A DNA stretch of 64,000 nucleotides, from positions 5,550,209 through 5,614,208 of the forward strand of contig CM082592.2 of the NCBI GenBank assembly GCA_040954595.2, given 5' to 3'. The notes beneath the pieces were generated by a model, which worked only from the letters and a program-made list of their open reading frames with translations, was not told the origin of the DNA and did no database searches. This document shows positions 51,370-63,989 of the stretch, one piece after another. Made by a program: the position numbers and the translations under genes. Origin of the DNA: Balanoglossus misakiensis. Its lineage: Eukaryota > Animalia > Hemichordata. Position 1 is the first letter of the stretch, and every line of letters starts with the position of its first letter.

Positions 51370-54300
51370 TCACACCAGAGTAGTATTCCCGCCGCATGTG
51401 GAGTTGACGGTCAGAGCCCAGTCTGGAAAGGACTTGACGTCGTATATAACATCTCCATAGGTATTGATGAACAGATTCACCAGAAGGATGCCGATAACAT
51501 TCATGAAAAATCCGGTTTTCACCTGAAAAAGAAAAAAAAACAGAATTAAAGAAAGTAATATTAATATCCGTTTAAAAATATTTTCCGCCGTTGGTCATAT
51601 TGCATCTATACTTTGAGACAAATGAAATCGAGGTACATGCATTATCTGCATTGATCTGTTATGGACGAAAACGGGTCTGACATAAAAACCTGCAGTCCAC
51701 CGCTGTATTTAACATGTAACAAAGATTATTTATGGCATATGCTCACCAGATCAAGCACAGTCAGCTGACCATACGAGAATACGATAGCGTTGGGTGGTGT
51801 TGCTACGGGCAACATGAAGGCGTAGGAACACACGATCGTTGAGGGCACCATGAGGTACAGGGGATTCACACAGATGCTTTCACCCTGCACAGACACGGTG
51901 GTAAAAACAATGTCGACCGTTAATTAAAGAAAGTGTATTGGCAAGTTGGACATCATATCGCGATTGACACACGAAATACGAAAGATGCAGACCACAAAAA
52001 GATACAGACAATGCAGGATAAGATGACATTCAGGAGCAAATATAAAACATGTTTGTAATTTTACCACTCGATAGACACTTTTTTCATGACAATAGCATGT
52101 CAATGCAAACAATAATAATTTTGGCTGTTGAACAAGCTATTTCCTGGAACTCACCAACTGTGCCAGTATAGGCAGGAAGATGGTAGCGATGGCCACATTG
52201 CTCGTCGCCTCCGTGAAGAAACAGACAGTCGTACTGGCAATTAGAACTAACACTTCCATGGACAGGAAATCCAAGACAGCCAGTTGATTGCCGATCCACA
52301 GGGATAAGCCTGATACCTAGGTCGGACACAGAAACAAAGTAGTTCATCATTCAATGGTCAAAAGGGCGTGTCAATGGATTCCTTGCGTGTGCCACTCACA
52401 CAAGTAGACAACAATGGAGTTAGGGGGCCTGATCTTTTCACTGGCCACATCTTACCTGACAACCTTCGGCCAGTGCAAATCCGCCGCCAAGCAGCAGAAG
52501 GACGCCCCATGGGAGACCATGATGCACGGTCTTCCAGTCCAGCAACGCTTTCCTCGGACCGACGGGAGAGTCATCTGTATAAAGGAGGCACACGAGTAGT
52601 ACATAAATGTAGGCGTGAGTCTATAGCGACAAACTGATATGGCGCAATATGTTGATCACGGCCCCCTCCCAATAATTGCTAGTGTCACTCCCTTTTTTGT
52701 AAGTCACAATTGGGGATAGGATTTTCGCCATTTCACCATCAAATATGTAAAGGATAATGTACGATTGCACGACATGAATACATTTTTCGGCTTATAACAC
52801 GTAGTATTAAGACGACATCTGTGACCGTGGCATGCTAATTTAAAACAACCTCTCAATCACATCAACCAATCACAGGCTTCACAAAATGCACCTGGTGAAT
52901 GACACATTTCGATTGGATAGTTGTCAGCCAATTCTTTTGTCAGATGGTTCAGTGAGTTGCCACGTTTCCATCATGCAATACTCTTTGACGTACAGACATC
53001 ATGGCTGACAGTAGCGACGAGAACGGACCTATTCATTACCCGGAGCAATTTCCGACACCCAAGTGAAACTGACGGTCATGTCTGTGACGATATGGACTGG
53101 ATTTTCCCAAGATTTTGGTAACCCCGTTGACGATAATGTACACAAAACATCGGACTTGGAAAGTGACCCGACGAGAATCGAGGGTGCCTTTTCTCCTCGC
53201 TTGCAGCCCCCATTCTGCACACCGTCTACTGTAAGTAACATTTTTCTGTCATTTTATTAATTCGCGAAACATATACATTTTAAAGTTATTCTATGTATTC
53301 CGAATTTTCGATTGTACGTCAGCAAGGTAAGTTCTGGTAAATGAAACCTTCAGGGGAAACCGTGTGCGAGGTATAAATGAAATCCCCCAACCAAAGGTCG
53401 AGCCCAGCGCAGAGATTACAGGGAAAGATGGCCGAACTAAGTATTGCACTGGTTCGGTGCAGTATCTCAGCGGGCAAAATGCAACACTGATTAGCACAGT
53501 AAAATGCAGTTAATGTCTAACAGGAACAAAGAGCCTGGGTGTGTGCAGTGTTGTAAGTTAATCTAAGGTGTGAATTATTCAGGCAAAAATCCATACTCGA
53601 AATTATCTACCCCCGAATACTTTGAGACCCGGGACTATAGTATTCTTGTATGTGAGCGTGGTCCAGTCTGACAAGTGACGTCCACTCTTCTGTGATTGGC
53701 TCCTACGACCGCGCGCATAACATGTGAACACATGTGACGCGCCCAGCTCACTTGACAACTTCAGAAAATTTAAATCTGTAAATCAAATGTATTTAAAAAC
53801 GACACCGATGCGTGTGTATTTGGAGGGGTATATCAAGCTTGTGAAATGTGCATGCAACGGTGAAACATTCGTACATAACAAAGCTTACCGTCGCTTCGCC
53901 TACAACATAGGAAGTTGGGTCTTTGCGCTGGAAATATAAACAGCATCACTGAGATGAAAATGGCCGTCGTTGCATCTGATACGTACCTTTTAGAGAAAAG
54001 GGGGGAATTGTGTTATCAACGGATTTAATTGGGCACTAAATCCTGTCGCATTAATGAAATGATTTTTTAATCAGTCAACGTGACGTAGCATCATATGAAA
54101 AAAAATTTGCATTTTGTTTAATACACTTTAAATGTTCAAAACGAACGGCAGGGATATGGTGACTGCGAAACTGCGCTTGACCACTGGCGGTGTGAAAGTT
54201 GTCATTTTGTTCTGTCTGGGTTCATAGTCTAGGAAATACGCACGCACACACTGTACACACAAAAACTAGCAACATATCACTGTGAAGTGATGTTACCCGT

Positions 54301-57300
54301 CCTCGAAGAGGTTTCTCCATCCATATCCGGAAATGTCTCTGCTCATCCACAAAACAGCCAGCACAATAAAGTGGGCCAAAACAGCGCCCTCGGCCCAGCT
54401 GAAAGGTGAACGTGTAATAAAGGACGGGTAAAACATAGATAGTATATGCCACACCAGAAATTTTTGCAATCATAAATCAACCCCTGACGGCTTAATAGTG
54501 AGCTGACATGTCTACTTTTAGTAAAATTACAAAAGATCTAGAAAAAAGAGGCGTTCTGACACCACATTAACTCACCTGGTGGGACCCAGTGCTTTATACT
54601 CCTCTCTGATAACCTTATGGGCCCCACCTCCGGAACTACTTTTACTACAGAGACAGTCGGAGCAGCACCTTCCGCGACACCTTCGGAATTAAGTAACAGT
54701 TGAAAAGTCAACCATATTGTACAAAGGACCATGAAGTTGCCGTAACACAGGCTCCGGTGGTAAAACCATTCTCCCTAATTGATTCTATTTGAGTGGTATA
54801 TAGTATAAATATGTCCACTTCGATTTGATACTTGAAATTTCAAAGGGGGGGGGGGGTCATTCACGTACGTCTCGTATTTGCATTAACCCAGTTCCGTCTA
54901 TAGAGGCCTAACTTAATAACATATGAGACTAATTGGACATTTACCCTAAGAACCAAAACTGCAACCACAGCCAGGCGATCACCTCAAATATCACCATTCC
55001 GGGGAAAGCATAGATGAACCAAGACGCGAAGTCCACACCAGTAACGCCTGATCCGTAGCGCCTGCAGTTGGGAACAAGATATTGCAGTGTGTCAGGGTAA
55101 CCAAAACAATTAGCAACGCTGAAATATTTGTTTCTTTTCCCGGGTATGAGTTACTCCAAACAACAAAGACAGCCACAACTTCGACAACACTCTGGCTCGT
55201 CTGGTATTTCACTTTATTACCAAGATTTTTATCCCTCTCCTGCACCCTCCCCTTTCTTTGCGAGTTGAAGAAAACTATCAACAAGAAAGACAGACAAATC
55301 TCACCCTTCCAGAACTCCTTTCAGTACGAGATTTGTTCCGGAACCCGTCAGTGTCGCCGTTCCGCCGATGTTGGCAGCGTACGCTATGGACATGACCAGT
55401 GCTTTGCTCATCTTTTGATCGGCTGGCGACAACTGGTCGAACGGAATTGTTTTTGGCGTTTCCTGTCCTTCGCTAGATTTCCTGTCAAATTGGAGAAATC
55501 TATTATTCATACACTCCTTCTGTACATGCTGAAAGGATTCCATTCCTCGTATGTTTTTCTAGTGGACCTATTAAAGCCAAACTCGGTAGTCTAGATATTG
55601 GCAGATCTAGATGTGTCGACACATAAACGCACTTGATACTGTTCGAACTTGTAATGATTTGAGTGGATTCCCAGATGTGTTCAGATTGTTCTCTCGGGAG
55701 TTTCAGTCGACAAAATTTCATTGTAAGAGTATGACAACAATCATTTACTTAATCTCGTTGGCCTCTTCTAGTGCCTTCACGTCACCTGGTGATGTTACCT
55801 GCTCAGTAGACTCGTCAACATTTCCAGTAGTACATATTTTACCGTTCTTGCCTTTGTTCTCGCCCTCTTCTTTACATTCGTCCATTGCAAAACTCTATAG
55901 GAAGAAACATCAAAATTAAGTCATGTTAGAATGAGGTGTGGTTCCTACAATATGTTTTGTGGTTACGTGCACATATGCACGTCTGAAATTAAGATCAGGA
56001 GTTTGTTTCCATTCCTACTTAGATCCTCCCTCCCTCCTTCCCTCACTCACTCCCCTCTGCTACCCAAGCATTTCATTGACCCTTCGTCCGTCTTTTTATA
56101 CCCAAGGAATATTCTAAAAGTGCCAAGTAACGACAGTAAAACTGATGTTTACGCACCTGATTTTTTGTCCCGATTTCTTCATCGACTTCATAATCATCCC
56201 TTGCTCGAACCAGTTGTGACAACACCGCCTGTGCTATGGGTGTCATCATGGCTGTAGTAGCCGTGTTGCACATGAACATTGATAAGCATGCTGTTGGAAT
56301 CATGAACCCCAACATCAACCTGAAAACAAAAACAAAAACAATAGCACATGGATCAACAACGACAATAACGTTGAAATAGCGTCGCCCGGGACGCTTCTCG
56401 ACGGAATGTGCATTCTGTAGTGATTAAATGTTAAATGTGTCCATGCGGCCATGTGACTGTCATTTTGGTCTATCAGCGCCGCCAGTGGTAGCTTTGTGAA
56501 AACTAATAACAAACACTGCATGCCCTCGTTCATAGTGGCATTATACTTGTATTAGCCTCTTCTATTGTTGGAGATATCTATTTAAGCTTACTCATAAACA
56601 TTCATTTCTCTGTGATGTTTTATTTCCAAAAAATGTCCACTCACCAGCGAACGCTTGATCCAACTAACAACAAAACCCGCAGAGCGATTCGTTTGTGCAA
56701 ATTGCAATGATTGATGGCCACTGCAACCATCAGTCCACCGATGAACAGTGCATTGGTGTCTTTGATGTAGACGATGGCTGTTCTACCAGCAGTCATCACC
56801 CCCATCATCGGGAACAGCACCAACGGCAACAGAGCCGTCACGGCCAGTGGCAGCGCCTCCGTCACCCAGTACACCGCCATAACGATGAGAACATACGCGG
56901 CGCGTGACTCCTGTAGAACAAAGGTGGTAGACCCTGTTGTTTAAATTTAATGTCTGAAGACTGAAAACTTTCCAAACATAGTGAAATCGTATTTTATTTT
57001 ATGAATGATTGAAGGTGGCAAATATTTTCTAGCTGCACGTCTTGAGTGTCACGGTTGAAACCCACAAATGTGACAACGGATACCGTTTCTCCTCTGATCT
57101 TTCACGAAAACATTTGTCCCACCTAAATTTGTAACGATTGAAGTGCCCATATGTCTCCTTTATAACCTTTTCGTATACAGACGACTTTTACACTGTCAGC
57201 TCACCACTGATCTCAAGTCTGCCAAACAGCATAGTATCTTTATTTGGACAACAAGAACGTTTGTGGGGTTCGCTTGACTTTTGACACATTTTGATCCTCA

Positions 57301-60147
57301 GAAATGAGAACAATCACTTTCCCCGCGGGTAAAATCTTGCCTGTACAAACACTACGTGACCGGCGATACCAAAGGTATCCGCATTGTCGTGTACAATGTA
57401 AGCATGTTTGCACTTCGGACGGAGTATGATAAATCATCATAATAGCGAGTTGAGATTGTCGTAGGGAGTAGGTGCTTTGTTTTTGCTATAAATCATATGC
57501 AAGAGTCTAACTCCCTTAGACGAGTTTAAATTCACCAAGGGCATATTATCTGCCGAAGTTGCTCTAAACTGTTCAACGATGCAAAGATAGATATCCAGCC
57601 ATGATCGTGCATATTTAATCACAGCAGCTTGAAGAACCTGAAGGCCTTTTGAGTGTTTGTACGTTGATAGCTGTCGCTTTTATATCGCATGGTGCGTCGC
57701 TCTTCATTCTCCTTGCGCAAGAACCAAGGTCACGCACGAAGCAGTAGCCGTAGTACATTGTACATGTATAGTGCTGCAGTCATAAACCACAGGTATCTCT
57801 TCAAACCGTTGGCCCGACGTAACGTCGGTAAACCGCTGCCCACAGTCGTTCTAATCACTGCTTTCGCGCCTGTACTATGCAAAGACCAGAGTCCGACACA
57901 GACTACTTATTATTGTTCTGTCATAATTTAGGGCCCGAAATTGCGGTGCTGCGATAAATGCCGATAGCACCCTGCTCTGCACAATGAATAACTTGTATGC
58001 AGGGTCAAACGACCTGTCAAAACCTCAGATGCATTTCAAAACAAAGTGGCTGTGGGCACACAATAGGTGGTGTAGGATATGCAAATGTAAACGGTGGCTT
58101 ATCACAGGAGTATAAACTACAATGTATCTGTTTACCCATGGGGTGCATTCAATTGCCACCTTTCCGTATTTGTGAAATAAGTGTTTAACATTTTTACGTC
58201 CATGGTATAACCACAGACACAGACAAAGAGAAAAAAACAGACTGGCAACGCGGCATGTCCCTTTGATGTCTTGTCCACCTCGGCAAACAACGGCAAACAA
58301 TAGGCTTCAAACGTGTCAAATGTGTTAGACACCATGGAGATTTCCCAGAATACTTTGCGGTTACGTCATTATTGACAGCTGCAGTACCTTGCCTGACACA
58401 GCTTTGCACTCAGGACTCGACTGAAACACTACTTCACGACGACCACAATTTACACGTTAGAAGTCGAATTTCCACTTACAACCCATGCAGGTTTACAGAA
58501 CACGATTCGGCGAACAGGAATCTATTCCAAAAAATCGAGATTGATGATTAAACCTTTTCAAATTTACGATCGAACACACTTATTATATATTCATAAGTTT
58601 TTATTAAAATGGTAAAACTCATCGCTCCGATGCTCAAACTTCCTCCTATTTTCGCTGTCCACTCGCCTTCCGTCTACAGCTGACTTAGTCTGGTTCCCTG
58701 CCCCAATCCCACCGCTGGCTGCTGGTGGGATTGGGGCAGGGAACCAGACTACAGCTGACTTAAAACGACAACACGAACTTTCACGAAAACACTTTCGTTT
58801 TATTATCGGGAAAATTCCGGACATTGCCGAAGTGGATACGTTCGGAAATCTTCGGAGTCAAGCTGCACCTTGAAGGCAAACCGAGACAGGCACAGGGGGA
58901 TTAGGAGATTTACTTCACACCTTTTGACAATAGCGTTGCCAGTCTGTTTTTCTCTTTTGTCTGTGCTCGCAGAAACAGGTGTTTTGCACGCGGGTATATA
59001 GACAAAGGCGATATGAACTCATAACAAGACAACCTGGGGGGGGGGGAGATACGCAATGAAGGAGAACTCTGGGAAAGTTTTGACACCCCCACCCCTCCCC
59101 GCACAAATGACTGTTGTATACACAAACTGCAACCCAGTTATGAATACTGTATGTAGACCCCGGTCCGCTTGTGTCGAGGTTAGCGGCCCACTAGCGTTCT
59201 CGGATTACCGGCCGATTGCATGGAATGCCGCGATTTCAAGCAGTTCATGCGCGGAGACATTTCGAAATCGCGTTCGTTCTCAGTGAGGATGAAAAGGGCG
59301 CAAGACATGCCTCAAATTATTGTTAAAGTCCGGGAGCATCGAGTGAAATAATATAGCGAGTCACTTACAAACCTGGGGGAGAACTATTCAGTCTTGGTAA
59401 TAGGTCACTTCGACCCCTGACCATTTCCACCCCGGTGATTCACACCTCTTTGTGGTCACCTCGACCCCTGTGGCAAAGTCACTTCGACCCCTATTATGTC
59501 TCAGTGCATTTTTCCACGGTCACTGACCGTGATTTTTCATAGGTCTCGCCGTCTGTAACAACACTTAGGATCGATATGCAACTTATCGGGGAAAATGATA
59601 TTACTTTGAAGACAACTGCTTGTCTCAAAATGACGGTCATTTGGCCGGTAAATATGTTTTCCTGTAATGCGTAAGATTCACGGTAAAGCTGCGAAAATTT
59701 GTGATTCGCTACTCAATCTCACGATTTCTTTGAGTCTATGCATAGACCATACTTGCTGACGTTGCCGTTGTTACTCGCTTCACCGAAGCCCTGGAAAAGT
59801 CTGCAAAGATTTAGTGCATCAAAAAAACCTGGTCACTTAACCGGTACTTTTAACACATTCACACAACTCAGTTTGTCTTCTTACCGAATGAATTCATATG
59901 GGTCGAAGTGACTAAGGTCTGGGGGGGGGGCGAGGTGACCATAGGTATCGGGGGTCGAAACGGTCAGGGGTCGAAGTGACTAGAATCCGTCTTGACCAAC
60001 AACTTTCTATCAGTTCCAATTTCTCGTACCTACCGTTCCATCGATGACCAGTGGTAGCGGCAAAACCAAAAACGGTGTCAGGATTATTATCAAAGTGGCC
60101 CGGTATGCCCACAGCTCGAGCAGTATGGTTTTTGCCGTGTAAGACAT
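51370..60147 (-). CDS. SLC13 family Na+/dicarboxylate-citrate-sulfate symporter, copy A, 13 exons, ~619 aa
   Basis: Exons 60147-60034, 56910-56645, 56319-56157, 55894-55749, 55481-55305, 55061-54945, 54680-54576, 54398-54297, 53986-53889, 52574-52456, 52316-52155, 51884-51747, 51522-51370 (1860 nt). Motifs [67 protein letters not shown]. Confidence 0.93.
52806..53760 (+). mobile_element. Dispersed repeat copy A in SLC13-A intron 9 (decayed spliced ORF, possibly Crypton-like)
   Basis: Homologous to 62186-63113 and 43829-44330; ATG at 53001; donor-like gtaagt at 53231. Confidence 0.6.
58686..58751. mobile_element. 66-bp hairpin mini-element with 9-bp TSD
   Basis: 28-bp perfect inverted repeat TAGTCTGGTTCCCTGCCCCAATCCCACC with a 10-nt loop; TSD CAGCTGACT at 58677-58685 and 58752-58760. 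Confidence 0.9.
59396..59988. mobile_element. ~590-bp non-autonomous TIR element with subterminal GTCACTTCGACCCC repeats and apparent 5-bp TSD
   Basis: Left end GGTAATAGGTCACTTCGACCCCTGACCATTTCCACCCC; right end reverse-complement GGATTCTAGTCACTTCGACCCCTGACCGTTTCGACCCC; GTCTT at 59391-59395 and 59989-59993. Confidence 0.75.
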
Positions 60148-60188
60148 TTTGGAGAAAAAAGTGTTTGACGCGTAGGCTGTAAAAATCC

Positions 60189-60247
60189 TAGTCTCGGTTA
60201 CCCAGACTCCTTCGCGCGGGCTATAGGAGTCTGGGTAACCGAGACTA
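60189..60247. mobile_element. 59-bp hairpin mini-element with 9-bp TSD, same termini as the 456-bp element
   Basis: 23-bp perfect inverted repeat TAGTCTCGGTTACCCAGACTCCT with a 13-nt loop; TSD TAAAAATCC at 60180-60188 and 60248-60256; the first 19 nt are identical to 37235-37253. Confidence 0.92.
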
Positions 60248-60861
60248 TAAAAATCCAGGCACGGCGTCATAAACAAAACTCGCTATGTAAACAAGGTTTG
60301 TTGAACATTAACAGTCCTAGTATAGTAATGTCCCAGGGTGACCAATCAAATGTCGTATATATAATTTGGGTCAAAGTTTTCGCGTTCGTTCGCTTATTTA
60401 TTTCCTCAAGTGTGTTGGTTTGATCGAGATTTGCATTCCTCAAACGAAATTACGCAAACCGGAAGTGTTTAGTTTTGGGGTACTTTAGCGAGGAAAGCTC
60501 ATCCAGCGTGCCATCGTACAAAATGATGACCACACTTTAATATGACTGACAATAACAAAATATATGGAGGACACTCACAGTTATTAGACTTTCAGGTGTT
60601 TTTAATTAACAAAATCAACAATTCCGACTATCCAGCTCAAACCGAATGTACAAATAAGTTAAAGCTCCAATAGCTACCATTTTAAAAGATATTTGCATGA
60701 TTTTACTTTCGAATTTAGAATGGGCCATTGAAATGAGTTAATTGGCCAACCGTAGACAGACATGAACTAGAGTCCTGGAAAGTTCAGAAGTGGAGAATTG
60801 AATAAGACATCTGAGAATACATTTCCACTCTCCCTCTCTCAACTTTAGTCGCCCGAGGTTT

Positions 60862-63800
60862 TCACACCAGAGTAGCATTCCCGCCGCATGTGGAGTTGAC
60901 GGTCAAAGCCCAGTCTGGAAATGACTTGACGTCGTATATAACATCTCCATAGGTATTGATGAACAGATTCACCAGAAGGATGCCGATAACATTCATGATA
61001 AACCCAGCTTTCACCTGATAAACAGAATTGAAGGGTGTAGAATGAATATCCATATTTTAATATTCCCTGTCGTTGGGTCATATTGTATCCTCATTGAAAC
61101 AAATCAAATCGAAGCTCATGCAATATCTGCATTGGGCCTTTAATATGTTTGGATGAAATCGGGTCTGACATGGTCCCGAATACCAATAAGGAACCTGCTG
61201 TAATAACAAACATTTTATGCTATATGCTCACCAGGTCAAGCACAGTCAGTTGACCATACGAGAATACGATAGCGTTGGGTGGTGTTGCTACGGGCAACAT
61301 GAAGGCGTAGGAACACACGATCGTTGAGGGCACCATCAGATACAGGGGATTCACACAAATACTTTCACCCTAGAAAGACACAGTGGTAAACACAGACCGT
61401 TAATCAAAGGAACAACATTGGCAAGTTTGACGAGATATTGCGGTTGCATGACAAAACACAGTCTTGACTTTGGCGTATGAACAAGTCATTGTCAATTAGC
61501 TATTCTGTAGAACTCACCAACTGTGCCAGTATAGGCAGGAAGATGGTAGCGATGGCCACATTACTTGTCACCTCAGTGAAGAAACAGACCGTCGTACTGG
61601 CAATTAGAACTAACACTTCCATGGACAGGAAATCCAAGACGGCCAGTTGATTGCCGATCCACTGGGATAAGCCTGATACCTTGGTCGAGCACAGAAACAA
61701 AGAAGCTCATTAATTTGTCAATCAGTTGTTCAAACCCAATACAAGAAAGCCAGAGAGTTCTTTTTACATGGTTATATCGTCTCAGAGGAGCGGGACCGGT
61801 GAAGAATTGGCGGCACAAACAGTTGACAACAATGGAGTGAGGGGCTGGTCACTATCTTTCCACTGGCCACACCTTACCTGACAACCTTCGGCCAGTGCAA
61901 AACCGCCACCAAGCAACAGGACGATGCCCCATGGGAGACCATGATGCACTGTCTTCCAGTCCAGCAACGCTTTCCTCGGTCCGACAGGAGAGTCATCTGT
62001 GCACATGAGGATATGAGTACATGTATTATGTATTATCTATTGTAGGCATGAGTCTACAGCGACAAACTGATATGGCGCAATATATTGCGGCCCCTTCCAA
62101 TACATGTAATTGTTATTTTCCCCTAAAAGTGCCACGCCCTATTTGTAAATCACAATCGGGGATCGGATTTGCGCATGTAGCATGATTATGACAACGTCTG
62201 TGACCGTGGTATGCTAAACAACTTCTCACATCAACCAATCACAAGCTTCACATAATGCGACTGGCGAAATGACGCATTTCGATTGGGTAGCTGTCAGCCA
62301 ATTCTTTTGTCAGATGGTCAGTGAGGTGCCGCTTCCATCATACAATACTCTGAGACGTACAAACATCATGGCTGAAAGTAGCGACGAGAACGACCTAGTC
62401 ATTACCCGGAGCAATTTCCGACGCCCAAGTGAAAGTGAACGCCGTGACTGTGACGATATGGACTGGATTTTCCCAAGATTTTGGTAGCCTCGTTGAAGAT
62501 AATGTACACAACGCATCGGTCATGGAAATTGACGAGACGAAAATCGAGGGTGCCGTTTCTCCTGTCTTGCAGCCCCCATTGCGTACATCATCTACTTTAG
62601 GTAACAACTTTCTGTCGTATTTGCTCGAAACCTTCAAATTTTAAGTAATTCTATCGACTAAACATGTTTTATTGTACGTCAGTAAGGTGCTTCAAGGAAG
62701 CTCTGATAGACTAAGAAACATTAAGCTTTCGAGCGAAACCGTGTGCGAGGTAGAAATGAAACCCTCAACCAAAGGTCGAGCCCAGCGCGGAGAATACTGA
62801 GAAAGATGGCCGAGTCATGTATTGCACTGGTACAGTGCGGTGTCTCAGCGGACAAAATTCAACACTGGCGACGCAGTTAATTCCCACGGGAAAAAGAGTA
62901 TGAGCATGTGTTGAGTTGCAAGTTATTCTAAGAGGTGAGTTATCCAGGTAAAACAACCAACACTCGAAATAATCCGCCACTGAATACTCTGAGAACCGGG
63001 ACTACAGTATTCTTGTATGTCCGCGTGGTCCAGTCTGACAAGTGCCGCCGTCTACTCTTCTGTGATTGGCTTCTACGACCGTGACACCTGTGATCGCCCA
63101 GCTCACTTGATAATAGCAAATGTGTCGCGCCAATCGTCAAAACTACAGAAATTTAATTCAGATGGGCCGCCTTAATTCAAATGTATTCAAACGCCATATT
63201 TGGAGGAGGACTGAATATTAAGCTTGTGGAATGTGCATGCAACGGTGAAATATTCGTACATAAAAAAAGCTTACCGTCGCTTCGCCTACAACATAGGAAG
63301 TTTGGTCTTTGCGCTGGGAATATAAACAGCAGCACCGCGATGAAAATGGCCGTCGTTGCATCTGATACGTACCTTTTAGAGAGATGGGAGAATTGTGTTA
63401 TCAATGGGCACTAAATCATGTCGCATTAATGAAATGATACTTTTAATCAGTCAACGTGACCTAGCATCATATGAAAAAAAAGTTTGCATTTTGTTTAATA
63501 CACTTTAAATGTTCAAAACGAACGGCAAGACCATGGTTGACCACTGGCGGTGTGAAAGTTGTCATTTTGTTCTGTCTGGGTTCATAGTCTAGGAAACACG
63601 CACGCACACACTGTACACACACAAGCTAACAACATATATAACACTGCGAAGTGACGTTACCCGTCCTCGAAGAGGTTTCCCCATCCATATCCGGAAATGT
63701 CTCTGCTCATCCACAAAACAGCCAGCACAATAAAGTGGGCCAAAACAGCGCCCTCGGCCCAGCTGAAAAATGAAATGTGTGTAATCATAAAGCACTCCTG

Positions 63801-63989
63801 ACGGCTTAATAGTGAGCTGTGTGTACTTTTGGTAAAATTACAGAAATCTAGACAAAGGTGCGTTGTGGCACCACATTAACTCACCTGGTGGGACCCAGTG
63901 CTTTGTACTCCTCTCTGATAACCTTATGCGCCCCACCTCCGGAACTATTCTTACTGCAGGGACAGTCTGAACAACATTTTCCGCTACAC
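60862..63989 (-). CDS. SLC13 family transporter, copy B (exons 7-13; 5' part lies beyond the window)
   Basis: Exons 63989-63885, 63762-63661, 63372-63275, 61996-61878, 61679-61518, 61369-61232, 61014-60862; same sizes as in copy A, with open frames. Confidence 0.92.
62186..63113 (+). mobile_element. Dispersed repeat copy B in SLC13-B intron 9 (decayed spliced ORF, possibly Crypton-like)
   Basis: Ends TTATGACAAC... and ...CCCAGCTCACTTGATAA; ORF remnant MAESSDENDLVITRSNF from 62368. Confidence 0.6.

Noticed and set aside
59400-59500. Short repeats separated by spacers, superficially CRISPR-like
   Set aside because: Only about three degenerate units with irregular spacing, mirrored at the other end of a TIR element; eukaryotic context and no cas genes.
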